A DNA stretch of 64,000 nt from Gammaproteobacteria bacterium (GTDB lineage: Bacteria > Pseudomonadota > Gammaproteobacteria > JABABF01): positions 1,476,807 through 1,540,806 of the forward strand of contig OZ244031.1 in assembly GCA_965215045.1 (NCBI GenBank), written 5' to 3'. Position numbers and translations under genes: made by a program. Positions 38,590-49,600 of the stretch are shown one piece after another (within the stretch, counting starts at the first letter, position 1; each line of letters opens with the position of its first letter). Under the pieces are notes generated by a model, which did no database searches, was not told where the DNA came from, and saw only the letters and a list, made by a program, of their open reading frames with translations.

Positions 38590-40074
38590 ATGCCGGATGA
38601 TGAATCGAAACAGGCCGCCGGCGTCCATCATGTCTGTTTCCTCCTGGACGAAATGTCAGCGGGGGGTGTCCAGGCATTGACGATTATCCTGTGCCGCCAC
38701 CTCCTGGCGGCGGGGTGCAAGGTGGACCTGGTGCGTTTGCGGGAGGGCCACACGATGTTGCACCGGGTCCCCGGTGCAGTGCGCACCATGCATCTCCATG
38801 GAGTACGCCCGCCGGTGCAGGTTTCAGTCTTCGGTGCCATCATCCGTTTTTTCTTCGTTACCGGTCTTTACCCGTTTTACCTGGTTCTCCGATCGGTACG
38901 CTGGGCCGCTGGCAGGGGGCGTCCTGCCCGGGAGGCGGAGAATACAAGGATGGAGAGATGGACACTGTATGCGCCTCGTTATATTGCCTCTTTTTTTACC
39001 GCCGCCGCCCTGCGCTCCTTTTGGCGGGCCTGGAAATTCAACCGGCGTTGTGCCCGCATGCAATCCTCGGCTGGGGCCCTGTCTCTCGGTCGAGTGGCGT
39101 ATTTCTCAGCCTGTGCTCCACTGGTCGCCAGCTACATGGAACAAGAGAAACCCGATGTCGTGTACTCGGCCTGGGGAACGGCCAATATCGTGGCCCTTCT
39201 GGGCCGGGCCGAGTCCGTGTACAAACCACACCTGGTGGTTTCCCTGCATTTTCCTATTAACGCTAACCGCGTGCAGAAAATGAAATCCGCATTGATGTTT
39301 CATTTTATTTCAGAGGCGGATGCAGTGCATGCCGTCTCCCGGGGAGTAGCGGATGAGGCGGTCCGGGAATACGGTATAGCCCGTGAAAAAATTCTTTCCG
39401 TGTACAACCCGGCATTTCACAGCGAGATTCCGCACTTGAAACGACAGCCGTGCGCGCACCCGTGGATTGCAGAGAAGGGTGCAGAAGAAACGATCCTGTG
39501 GGTGGGAAGACCGGTTCCGTCCAAAGACCCGGCCACCATGCTGAATGCTTTCCGGCTGCTTGCGGAACGTCGGAACGCGCGCTTGATCATGTTGGGGATG
39601 GAGGTGAAAGAGGGATTGGTGTCGAATCTGATCAGGGAATGGGACGCCCCGGTCCGGGACCGGGTGTTCCTGCAAGCTTACGTGGAAAACCCTTATTCCT
39701 GGATGGCGGGTGCCGATGTGCTGGTTCTCACTTCAGTATTAGAGGGTTTGTCCAACGTCCTGATCGAAGCGATGGCCTGCGGCTGCCCGGTGGTGAGCAC
39801 CGACTGTCCCCACGGGCCGCGGGAGATCCTGGAGAACGGGCGCTGGGGCCGGTTGACGCCGGTAAGGGATGCCGGGGCACTGGCAGACGCCATCGAGGCC
39901 ACGCTGGAGAATCCGCCTGCTGCGGAGGAGTTGCTCGCCCGGGCCATGGATTTCTCCGAGGAGCGGATCATACCGAAACTCCTGGAGATGCTGGGATTGC
40001 CCGGCGAGCGGCAATCCGGGGACGGAATATATACCCCCGCCCCTTCATCGCTCGTCTCAACGCCCCCGGCATAG
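38590..40074 (+). CDS. GT4-family glycosyltransferase, copy 2 (tandem paralog)
   Basis: The same architecture as copy 1, and MPDDESKQAAGV... begins identically. The duplication junction is gggaactcagcttatgccggatgatg at about 37026 and 38576. Confidence 0.8.
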   Translation: MPDDESKQAAGVHHVCFLLDEMSAGGVQALTIILCRHLLAAGCKVDLVRLREGHTMLHRVPGAVRTMHLHGVRPPVQVSVFGAIIRFFFVTGLYPFYLVLRSVRWAAGRGRPAREAENTRMERWTLYAPRYIASFFTAAALRSFWRAWKFNRRCARMQSSAGALSLGRVAYFSACAPLVASYMEQEKPDVVYSAWGTANIVALLGRAESVYKPHLVVSLHFPINANRVQKMKSALMFHFISEADAVHAVSRGVADEAVREYGIAREKILSVYNPAFHSEIPHLKRQPCAHPWIAEKGAEETILWVGRPVPSKDPATMLNAFRLLAERRNARLIMLGMEVKEGLVSNLIREWDAPVRDRVFLQAYVENPYSWMAGADVLVLTSVLEGLSNVLIEAMACGCPVVSTDCPHGPREILENGRWGRLTPVRDAGALADAIEATLENPPAAEELLARAMDFSEERIIPKLLEMLGLPGERQSGDGIYTPAPSSLVSTPPA

Positions 40075-40139
40075 CGGGGCGCAGTCGGCGCGGGCACCTG
40101 CTTCACCGCTACCGGCAACGGCGGTACCAAGCCGCGCCC

Positions 40140-40269
40140 GACACCTCGCCCCCCGGCACCTCGCCCCCCGGCACCTCGCCCCCCGACACCTCGCCCCCCG
40201 ACACCTCGCCCCCCGGCATCTCGCCCCCCGACACCTCGCCCCCCGGCACCTCGCCCCCCGACACCTCGC
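40140..40269. repeat. 15-bp minisatellite, block 1 (about 9 units of GACACCTCGCCCCCC / GGCACCTCGCCCCCC)
   Basis: Direct reading of perfect or near-perfect 15-mers. Confidence 0.9.
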
Positions 40270-40276
40270 AGAGGCC

Positions 40277-40405
40277 GTTCTCACTTCAAAATCAGAGGGT
40301 TTGCCCGGCCTCGAAGCGATGGCCTGCGGCTGCCCGACACTGCCCCTACGGACCCTCCTGGAGGACGACGCTGGGGCCGGTTGACGCCGGTAGGAGATGC
40401 GGGGG
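40277..40405 (+). pseudogene. decayed fragment of a third glycosyltransferase copy
   Basis: gttctcacttcaaaatcagagggtttgccc...gaagcgatggcctgcggctgccc...ctggggccggttgacgccggtagg matches GT copy 1 at about 38188-38345, with internal deletions. No intact ORF remains. Confidence 0.75.
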
Positions 40406-40754
40406 CCCCCCGACACCTCGCCCCCCGACACCTCGCCCCCCGACACCTCGCCCCCCGACACCTCACCGCTACCGGCAACCGGTACCAAGCCGCGCCGGAG
40501 ACCTCGCCCCCCGGCCTCGCCCCCCGACCCTCGCCCCCCGACACCTCGCCCCCCGACACCTCCCCCCGACACCTCGCCCTCCGACACCTCGCCCCCCGAC
40601 ACCTCGCCCCCCGACACCTCGCCCCCCGACACCTCGCCCCCCGACACCTCGCCCTCTGACACCTCGCCCCCCGGCACCTCGCCCCCCGACACCTCGCCCC
40701 CCGACACCTCGCCCTCTGACACCTCGCCCTCCGGCACCTCGCCCCCCGGCACCC
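40406..40754. repeat. 15-bp minisatellite, block 2 (about 20 units, interrupted at about 40463-40500 by a copy of the junction sequence caccgctaccggcaac..ggtaccaagccgcgcc)
   Basis: Direct reading. The same junction string occurs at about 40104-40137, just before block 1. Confidence 0.85.
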
Positions 40755-40856
40755 CTGATCTCAGGCGAGTAAATCATTTCATTTATCTTGCAATGAAAAT
40801 AAAAAATCCTTTTATTACAATAATATAATCGTTTCACAGCATCCTGGAATCATTTC

Positions 40857-41075
40857 ATGGCGGTTTCTGAACAAGCGATCCTGGCATACATCACCGCCCA
40901 CCCCGGTGCCCGCCGGCGGGAAGTCATGCAGATGGCCGTGGAAGCCAGGCTGCCGGAGCAGGATCGTGAGCAGGTGCTGCGCTACGTGGAGCGTGAACTG
41001 CGCGGTCTGCATGCAGGCAATGTGATCCGCTACCGGCTGCAGCCCGGGGACCTGGAGAGTTTCCGCCGTCCCTGA
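40857..41075 (+). CDS. small hypothetical protein, possibly winged-helix-like
   Basis: A 72-aa ORF with an ATG start (AILAYITAHPGARRREVMQMAV...VLRYVERELRGL...IRYRL). An AT-rich stretch with TATAAT at 40824-40829 lies upstream. The family assignment is only a guess. Confidence 0.4.
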   Translation: MAVSEQAILAYITAHPGARRREVMQMAVEARLPEQDREQVLRYVERELRGLHAGNVIRYRLQPGDLESFRRP

Positions 41076-41243
41076 GTGCTGACAAACGGTACTGCACATT
41101 TCCGGTGCAGCGGCGTGAGAAGGCGCGGGATGTCGCGCTGTCCGGCGGGGCAATATTCGGCTTTTTCTGCTATAAATCCGCGAGTTTGCACCGAGACTTA
41201 AAGCAAGACTCGAGCATTGTCGCTGTGTTGTCGTTGTAGAGCC

Positions 41244-43894
41244 ATGCCCCCAAAACCCGCAGACAAGTCCGGCAGGACTGCAAAGTCGCGCTCCCGGCGT
41301 CCCAAGAAAAACGCCGGGGCCGTGGAGCAGTACCGGCACCAGGATAAAAAACGTCCCAACAATCCGCCGGTGGGACTGGTGAACCCGAAGACGGACCCGG
41401 AACAGGGCGAGACACAGAGCTGGCAGCACGACCCGCACCTGGACCCCGAATTGCATTGGACCGGCAAGCGGGAGAAAAGCAGTTTCGAGGTGCCGACGGT
41501 CAGCCTGCATGTGCACGAGCGCATCGACCCCCGCACCATCATCCGCAGTGTCAGCCGGGAACAGGACAGCGATCGTCAGCCCGATATGTTCAGCGAGCGC
41601 CGGCCCCTGCGGGAAGCCATCGAGTTTTATCAGCATCGGGATGGGTGGAGCAATCGGCTGATTGCCGGCGACAGCCTGCTGGTGATGAATTCGCTGCTGG
41701 AGAAGGAGGCACTGGCCGGCAAGCTGCAGATGGCGTACATCGACCCGCCCTATGGCATCAAGTACGGCAGTAATTTCCAACCCTTTGCCAACAAGCGCGA
41801 AGTACAGGATGGCAAGGACGAGGAACTCTCCATCGAGCCGGAGATGATCCAAGCCTATAGAGATACTTGGGCACTCGGCATTCACTCCTACCTGGGCTAC
41901 CTGCGGGACCGCCTGCTGCTGCTGCGGGAACTGCTGCATGAGAGCGGCAGCGTGTTCGTGCAGATCGGCGATGAAAACGTGCACCGCCTGGCCTTGGTAA
42001 TGGATGACGTTTTCGGCGCCGAAAATCGCCTGGCGACCATCACCTTCGCCAGCACCGGCAGTAGTCCGACAAAGTACCTGCCGCAGGTGGAGCATTACCT
42101 GCTCTGGTATGCCAAGGACAAGGGGCAGGCCAAGTACCGGCAATTGTACGAGCACCTCAATCGTGCTGAAATTATCGAGTTGTTCAGCTGGCATGCAATG
42201 GTCGAACTGGAAGACGGCAGCTGCCGCAAGCTGAGTCCCGAGGAACGTTTTGACCCGGACCACTACCTGCCTGAAACAGCGCGCATTTACAGAAGAATGC
42301 CCCTGATCTCTCAGGGCACAGAGACCCACGGTCGTTCTGCACCCTACGAGTGGAACGGCAGAACTTTCTCCTGTGGTAAAAACAGTCAATGGAGAATTTC
42401 CAGGGAAGGACTGGATCGTCTGGCGCAACTAGGACGCTTGGATGCCGCGGAAGGGCAGGCATCATTGGCCTGGAAGAGGTACGAAGACGAGGTGCCGGGC
42501 CGACATATCAATAATCTCTGGCGGAAGCCGATGTCTCCCAGCGATAAAAGATACGTGGTGGAGACGGCGACCAAGGTGGTACAGCGCTGTATGCTCATGA
42601 GCACCGACCCGGGGGACCTGGTGCTTGACATCACCTGCGGCAGCGGCACCACGGCCTACGTGGCCGAGCAGTGGGGGCGGCGCTGGATCAGCTGCGACAC
42701 CTCGCGTGTGGCCCTGACCCTGGCCAAGCAGCGCCTGCTGACCGCCCACTTCGATTATTACCGGCTGGCACATCCGGAGGAAGGCATTGGCAGCGGCCTG
42801 GAATACGAGTATGTGGACACGGTGTCTGCCAAAACCCTGGGTGAGGGTGAGCCGCCGGTGCGGACGGTGCTCTACGATCGCCCGCTGATCGAAGGCCGCA
42901 AGTCGCGCGTCAGCGGCCCGTTCACGGTGGAGGCGGTGCCCGCCCCGCAGGTCGGGAGTTTTGCGGCGACGGAGAGCGAAGCACCGGTCGCCGAAGAAGA
43001 GTTGGCGGATGCGGCGTATGAGCCGGTGGGACGTGCGGGGGAGACCCTGCGCCAGGGCGAATGGCGGGAAGCGCTGTGGCGTTCCGGGGTGCGCGCCAAG
43101 GACGGCAAGAGATTGCGGTTCAGCCGCGTGGAGCCCTTGCTGGGAGCACTGTATATACAGGCCGAGGCGGAGACTGCCTGGGCGGAAAATGGTGGCAATG
43201 GGAGGGGGGGGGGGGGGGGGCGAATACAGCGATACCTGCCGACTGGCAGCCGCAGAGAGTGCTGGCGGTCTTCGGCCCGGAGCATGCCCCTCTTGAACAG
43301 CGCACGGTAGAGAACGCCTGGCACGAGGCGCAAACCCTGGGCACGGATATTCTGCTGTTCTGTGCTTTCCAATTCGACAGCGAGGCGGCCAAGGATATCG
43401 ATGAACTGAGCCCGGCCAAGGTCGGCATGCAATTGCTGAAGGTGCAGATGAACCCCGACCTGCTGACCGGGGACTTGCGCAAAGCGGGCAGCAGCGATCA
43501 GAGTTTCTGGTTGATCGGCCAGCCGGACATCCGGCTGCACCGCCTGGCAGACGACCAGCTACAGGTGGAGGTGCTGGGTTTTGATTACTACGACCCGGAG
43601 GGTGGCGGCCGCATTCAAAGCGGCAGCGACAAGCATATTGCGATGTGGATGTTGGACACCGATTACGATGGTCGGAGTCTCTACCCGGCACAGGTATTTT
43701 TTCCGATGTCGCGGGGCGAGGAATGGAACAAGTTGGAGAAGAACCTCCGTGCCGACATCGACCCGGAGAAGATGGAGGCCTTTCGCGGCACGAAGTCACT
43801 GCCCTTCCGCTTCGGTGAGAACCGGCGTATCGCGGTCAAGATTATTGACGACCGCGGCATCGAATCCGTGCGCATCCTGACGCAGGAACAGTAG
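41244..43894 (+). CDS. mod: Type III R-M Mod-type (beta-class N6A/N4C) DNA methyltransferase, copy 1, frameshifted at a G17 tract
   Basis: Motif IV is IDPPYGIKYGSNF, followed later by motif I LVLDITCGSGTTAYVAEQWGRRWISCD. The frame changes at 43204-43220. The conserved C-terminal domain continues in ORF 43061..43894. Confidence 0.8.
43204..43220 (+). repeat. homopolymeric G17 tract in mod copy 1
   Basis: Counted directly: ggcaatggga + 17 g + cgaataca. Confidence 0.9.
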
Positions 43895-44001
43895 AGGATG
43901 CAGACATTGTTTGCCGACGGTTCGTTGCCCGGCTCATCAATGATATAAAATCGTCTATCCAAATCTGCAACAAAACTTGCACAGTGCAGCGGTATTGATC
44001 A

Positions 44002-46657
44002 ATGTCTGAAAAACCCACAGACAAGTCCGGCAGGACCACGAAATCGCGTCCCCGGCGTCCCAAGAAAAACGCCGGGGCAGTGGAGCAGTACCGGCACAAG
44101 GATAAAAAACGCCCCAACAATCCGCCGGTGGGACTGGTGAACCCGAAGACCGACCCGGAACAGGGCGAGAGACAGAGCTGGCAGCACGACCCGCATCGGG
44201 ACCCCGAACTGCGGTGGACCGGCAAGGCGGAGAAAAGCAGTTTCGATGTGCCGACGGTCAGCCTGCATGTGCACGAGCGCATCGACCCCCGCACCATCAT
44301 TCGCAGTGTCAGCCGGGAGCAGGACAGCGATCACCAGCCCGACATGTTCAGCGAGCGCCGGCCCCTGCGGGAAGCCATCGAGTTTTATCAACACCGGGAC
44401 GGCTGGAGCAATCGGCTGATTGCCGGCGACAGCCTGCTGGTCATGAATTCGCTGCTGGAGAAGGAAGCACTGGCCGGCAAGCTGCAGATGGCATACATCG
44501 ACCCGCCCTACGGCATCAAGTACGGCAGTAATTTCCAGCCCTTTGCCAACAAGCGCGAAGTGCGGGACGGCAAGGACGAGGAACTCTCCATTGAGCCGGA
44601 GACGATCCAGGCTTTCAGAGATACCTGGGAGCTGGGCATCCATTCCTACCTGGGTTACCTGCGGGACCGCCTGCTGCTGGTGCGGGAACTGCTGCATGAG
44701 AGCGGCAGCGTGTTCGTGCAGATCGGCGACGAAAACATACACCGCCTGGCCCTGGTCATGGATGATATTTTCGGTGCCGAAAATCGCCTGGCAACCATCA
44801 CCTTCGCCAGCAGTGCCAGCAGTGCTACAACTTATCTGTCGCTGGTGGAGAACTACCTGCTCTGGTATGCCAAAGACAAGAAACAGAGCAAGTACCGGCA
44901 ATTGTATGAATCTCTCAGTCGCGCTGAAATTATCGAGTTTTTCAGTTCGTATGCAATGGCCGAACTGGAAGACGGCAGCTGCCGCAAGCTGAGTCCCGAG
45001 GAACGTTTTGATCCGGACCGCTACCTGCCTAAAAAAGCGCGCATTTACAAGAGAAATCCCTTATTCTCTCAGGGTGCATCGACAACCGGGCGTTCTGATC
45101 CCTACGAGTGGAATGATAAAACCTATTCCTGTGGCAAAAACTACCATTGGTCGATTTCCAGTGCGGGCATGGATCGCCTGGCACAGCTGGGACGTCTCGA
45201 TGCCGCGGAAGGACAGACAGCATTAATGTGGAAGAGATACGAAGACGAGGTGCCGGGGCGGCATATCACCAATCTCTGGCCGGTTCGAATGAATCCCGGG
45301 CGCAACAAGAGGTACGTGGTGGAGACGGCAACCAAGGTGGTGCAGCGTTGCATGCTCATGACTACAGACCCGGGGGACCTGGTACTGGACATCACCTGCG
45401 GCAGCGGCACCACGGCTTACGTGGCCGAGCAGTGGGGGCGGCGCTGGATCAGCTGCGACACCTCGCGCGTGGCATTGACCCTGGCCAAGCAGCGCCTGAT
45501 GACCGCCCACTTCGATTATTACCAGCTGGCGCATCCGGAGGAGGGCATTGGCAGCGGCCTGGAATACGAGCATGTGGACACGGTGTCTCCCAAGATCCTG
45601 GGCGAAGACGCGCCGCCGGTGCGGACGGTGCTCTACGATCGCCCGCTGGTCGAAGGCCGCAAGTCGCGTGTCAGCGGCCCGTTCACGGTGGAGGCGGTGC
45701 CCGCCCCGCAAGTCAGGAGTTTTGAGATGCTGGAGAGCGAAGCACCGGTCACGGAGTTGGCGGATGCGGCGTATGAGCCGGTGGGGCGGGCGGGTGAAAC
45801 CCTGCGTCAAAGCGAATGGCGGGAGGCGTTGTGGCGTTCCGGGGTGCGCGCCAAGGACGGCAAGAGATTGCGGTTCAGTCGCGTGGAGCCCCTGCGCGGG
45901 ACGCGCCATATACAGGCCGAGGCGGAGACTGCCTGGGCGGAAAATGGCGGCAATGGGAAGGGGGGGGGGGGGGGGGGGGGGGGCGGACAATACGGCTGCA
46001 CCTGCCGACTGGCAGCCGCAGAGAGTGCTGGCAGTCTTCGGTCCGGAGCATGCCCCTCTTGAGCAGCGCACGGTAGAGAACGCTTGGCGGGAGGCGCAAT
46101 CCCTGGGCACGGATATCCTGCTGTTCTGTGCCTTCCAGTTCGACAGCGAGGCGGCCAAGGATATCGATGAACTGAGCCCGGAAAAAACGGGCATGCAATT
46201 GCTGAAAGTGCAGATGAACCCCGACCTGCTGACCGGGGATTTGCGCAAAGCGGGCAGCAGCGATCAGAGTTTCTGGTTGATCGGCCAGCCGGAAATCCGG
46301 CTGCACCGCCTGGGGGATGACCAGCTACAGGTGGAGGTGCTGGGTTTTGATTACTACGATCCGGAGGATGGCGGCAGCATTCAAAGCGGCAGCGACCAGA
46401 ACATTGCGATGTGGATGTTGGATACCGATTACGATGGCCGGAGCCTCTACCCGTCACAGGTGTTTTTCCCGATGACGCAGGGCGAAGAGTGGGACAGGTT
46501 GAAGAAAAATCTCCGGGCGAACATCGACCCGGAAAAAATGCAGGCCTTCTGCGGCACGAAGTCGCTGCCCTTTCGCTTCGGCGAACACCGGCGCATCGCG
46601 GTCAAGATTATTGACGACCGCGGCATCGAATCCGTGCGGGTCCTGGAGGAAGAGTAG
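44002..46657 (+). CDS. mod: Type III Mod-type DNA methyltransferase, copy 2, frameshifted at a G24 tract
   Basis: Same motifs as copy 1. The frame changes at 45960-45983. The C-terminal domain continues in ORF 45548..46657. Confidence 0.8.
45960..45983 (+). repeat. homopolymeric G24 tract in mod copy 2
   Basis: Counted directly: caatgggaa + 24 g + cggacaat. Confidence 0.9.
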
Positions 46658-46800
46658 GGAGGCGTTCGCCGGCTGCTTTGTGCTGTCGGCGGATATTGCA
46701 TCGGCAGAGGAGGTGCCTCGGCTGCGGCGGGGTGCGCTCAATAATGTAAAATCCCCCGCCCCCGCATACAGAGCCAGCACTTCACACTTCCCCTGTCATT

Positions 46801-49453
46801 ATGCCCAGAAAATCCGGCAGCTCATCTGGCAGACCTCGCCGCAGGAAGGGGACCCGACCGGTAGAGCAATACCAGCACCGGGACAAGCGGCGTCCCAACA
46901 ATCCGCCGGTGGGGCTGGTGACTGCCAAAACCGAACCCGAACAGGGGGAGACCAAGACCTGGAGCCACGACCCGCATCAGGACCCCGAGTTGCAATGGAC
47001 CGGCAAGCTGGAGAAAGGCAGTTTCGAGCTGCCGACGGTCAGCCTGCACGTGCACGAGCGCATCGATCCCCGCACCATCATCCGCAGCGTCAGCCGGGAA
47101 CCGGACAGCGAACGCCAGCCCGACATGTTTAGCGAACAGCGACCGCTGCGGGAAGCCGTGGAATTTTATCGGCACCGCGACGGCTGGAGCAATCGCCTGA
47201 TCGCCGGCGACAGCCTGCTGGTGATGAATTCGCTGCTGCAGAAGGAGGCACTGGCCGGCAAGCTGCAGATGGTGTACGTCGACCCGCCCTACGGTATTAA
47301 ATACGGCAGCAATTTCCAGCCCTTCGCCGACCAGCGCGAGGTGCGGGACGGCAGGGACGAACACCTGCCCGTGGAACCGGAGACGATCCAGGCCTTCAGG
47401 GACACCTGGGAACTGGGTGTCCATTCCTATTTGAGTTACCTGCGGGAGCGCCTGCTGCTGGTGCGGGAACTGCTGCACGAGAGCGGCAGCGTGTTCGTAC
47501 AGATCGGCGATGAAAACGTGCACCGTGTCGCCCTGGCACTGGACGATATTTTTGGTGCCGAAAATCGCCTGGCGACTATCTCCTTTGCCACCACCAGCGG
47601 CAGTTCGACGAAATACCTGCCGCAGGTGGAGAGCTATCTGCTCTGGTATGCCAAGGACAAGAAGCAGGCCAAGTACCGGCAATTGTACGAACCACTCAGT
47701 CGCGCTGAAATTATCGATCTCTTTAATTGGGATGCCATGGTTGAACTGGAGGACGGCAGCTGCCGCCAGCCGAGTCCCGAGGAACGTTTTGACCCGGACC
47801 GCTATCTGCCACCCAAAGCGCGCATTTACAAGAGAACCTCCCTGGACTCTCAAGGTGTATCGACCACCGGGCGTTCCGATCCCTACGAGTGGAACGGCAG
47901 AACTTTCTCCTGCGGTAAAAACAGTCACTGGTCGATTTCCAGTGCGGGCATGGACCGCTTGGCGCAACTGGGCCGTCTGGATGCCGCGGCAGGACAGAAT
48001 TCTTTAAGGTGGAAAAAATACGAAGACGAGGTGCCGGGCCGGCGCATTAACAATCTCTGGCCGACGCAGATGTATCCCGGCGATAAAAGATACGTGGTGG
48101 AGACGGCGACCAAGGTGGTGCAGCGTTGCATGCTCATGAGCACCGACCCGGGGGACCTGGTGCTGGACATCACCTGCGGCAGCGGCACCACGGCCTACGT
48201 GGCCGAGCAGTGGGGGCGGCGCTGGATCAGCTGCGATACCTCGCGCGTGGCCCTGACCCTGGCCAAGCAACGCCTGATGACCGCCCACTTCGATTATTAC
48301 CGCTTGGCACATCCGGAGGAGGGCATCGGCAGCGGCCTGGAATACGAGTGCGTGGACACGGTGTCGCCCAAGATCCTGGCCGAAGATGCACCGCCTGTGC
48401 GGGTGGCACTCTACGATCGCCCGCGGGTGGAACGCGGCAAGGCGCGCGTCAGCGGCCCGTTCACGGTGGAGGCGGTGCCGGCCCCGCAAGTCAGGGGTTT
48501 TGAAAAGGTGGAGCAGCAGGAGCAGGCTGATCGGGAACAGTCGCGGGTGCAACTTGCGGACGTGGAATCGGTGTACGGTTTTGCGGGGCGGGCGGGCGAG
48601 ACCCTGCGCCAGGGCGAATGGCGCGAGGTGCTGCTGGCCTCCGGGGTGCAGGTCCGGGGCGGTCAAAAACTGCGTTTCAGCCGCGTGGAGCCCCTGCGCG
48701 GCACGCGCCATATACAGGCCGAGGCGGAGACTGTCTGGGCGGAAAATGGCGGCAATGGTCGGGGGGGGGGGGGGGGGGGGGGGCGAACAGCAGGCACCTG
48801 CCGACTGGCGACCGCAGAAAGTGCTGCTGGTATTCGGCCCGGAGCATGCTCCCCTGGAACAGCGCACGGTGGAGCATGCCTGGCAGGAAGCCCGGGCCTT
48901 GAAACCGGACATCCTGTTGTTCTGTGCCTTCCAGTTTGATAGTGAAGCGGCCAAGGATATCGATGAGATGAACCCGGAAAAAGCCGGCATGCAATTGTTA
49001 AAGGCGCAGATGAATTCCGACCTGCTGACCGGGGACTTGCGTCGGGCGCGCAGCAGCGACCAGAGTTTCTGGCTGATCGGCCAGCCGGAGATCCGCCTGC
49101 ATCGGCTGCAGGATACCCGGGCGCAGGTGGAGGTGCTGGGTTTTGATTATTACAATCCCGAGCGGGGCGGCTTCATCGACAGCGGCGGTGCCGGACAAAT
49201 CGCCCTGTGGATGCTGGATACCGACTACGATGGCAGGAGCCTGTATCCGCGCCAGGTGTTCTTCCCGATCGTCAGAAAAGATGATTGGACCCGGCTGGCC
49301 AGGAACCTCAAGGCGGGCATTGACCTGGAGAAAATCAAGGCCTTCAGCGGCACGAAATCACTGCCCTTTCCGTTCACCCCGGAGCAGCAGGCCGCCGTCA
49401 AGATCATCGACACGCGCGGCATCGAATCCCTGCGCATCCTGCAGGGCGAATAA
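46801..49453 (+). CDS. mod: Type III Mod-type DNA methyltransferase, copy 3, frameshifted at a G23 tract
   Basis: Same motifs (VDPPYGIKYGSNF; LVLDITCGSGTTAYVAEQWG). The frame changes at 48761-48783. The C-terminal domain continues in ORF 48386..49453. Confidence 0.8.
48761..48783 (+). repeat. homopolymeric G23 tract in mod copy 3
   Basis: Counted directly: ggcaatggtc + 23 g + cgaacagc. Confidence 0.9.
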
Positions 49454-49600
49454 TGGCACGCGCAACCTACATGGCTCCCCGGCCCGCTTGGCACGCCCCC
49501 GGGCATTGCTGATATACCGGCAATCGCAAGACCGGGTGCCCGGGTTCATCCCTTTCTCATCGATGTTTGCCAAGCAGTCCGTTCCAGTTCCGGTATCGAG

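Noticed and set aside
40140-40754. The 15-bp repeat array considered as a possible CRISPR
   Set aside because: The units are contiguous with no unique spacers, the period is far too short, and no cas genes are present in the window.
39450-40772. 440-aa plus-strand ORF, the 40397..40828 ORF and the minus-strand 40057..40752 ORF encoding DTSPP/TPRPP/GGEVS repeats
   Set aside because: These reading frames stay open only because the 15-bp minisatellite lacks stop codons in every frame. The 5' part of the 440-aa ORF is out of frame inside GT copy 2. I saw no credible start or RBS context.
43204-48783. Treating the mod frameshifts simply as pseudogenisation or sequencing error
   Set aside because: I did not reject this completely. 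Homopolymer length is error-prone on several platforms, and I cannot check the reads. Even so, three independent tracts sit at the same Gly-linker position, conserved ORFs are intact on both sides, and a fourth tract lies in the nearby GT gene. Together these make a programmed hypermutable switch a better working hypothesis than random decay.
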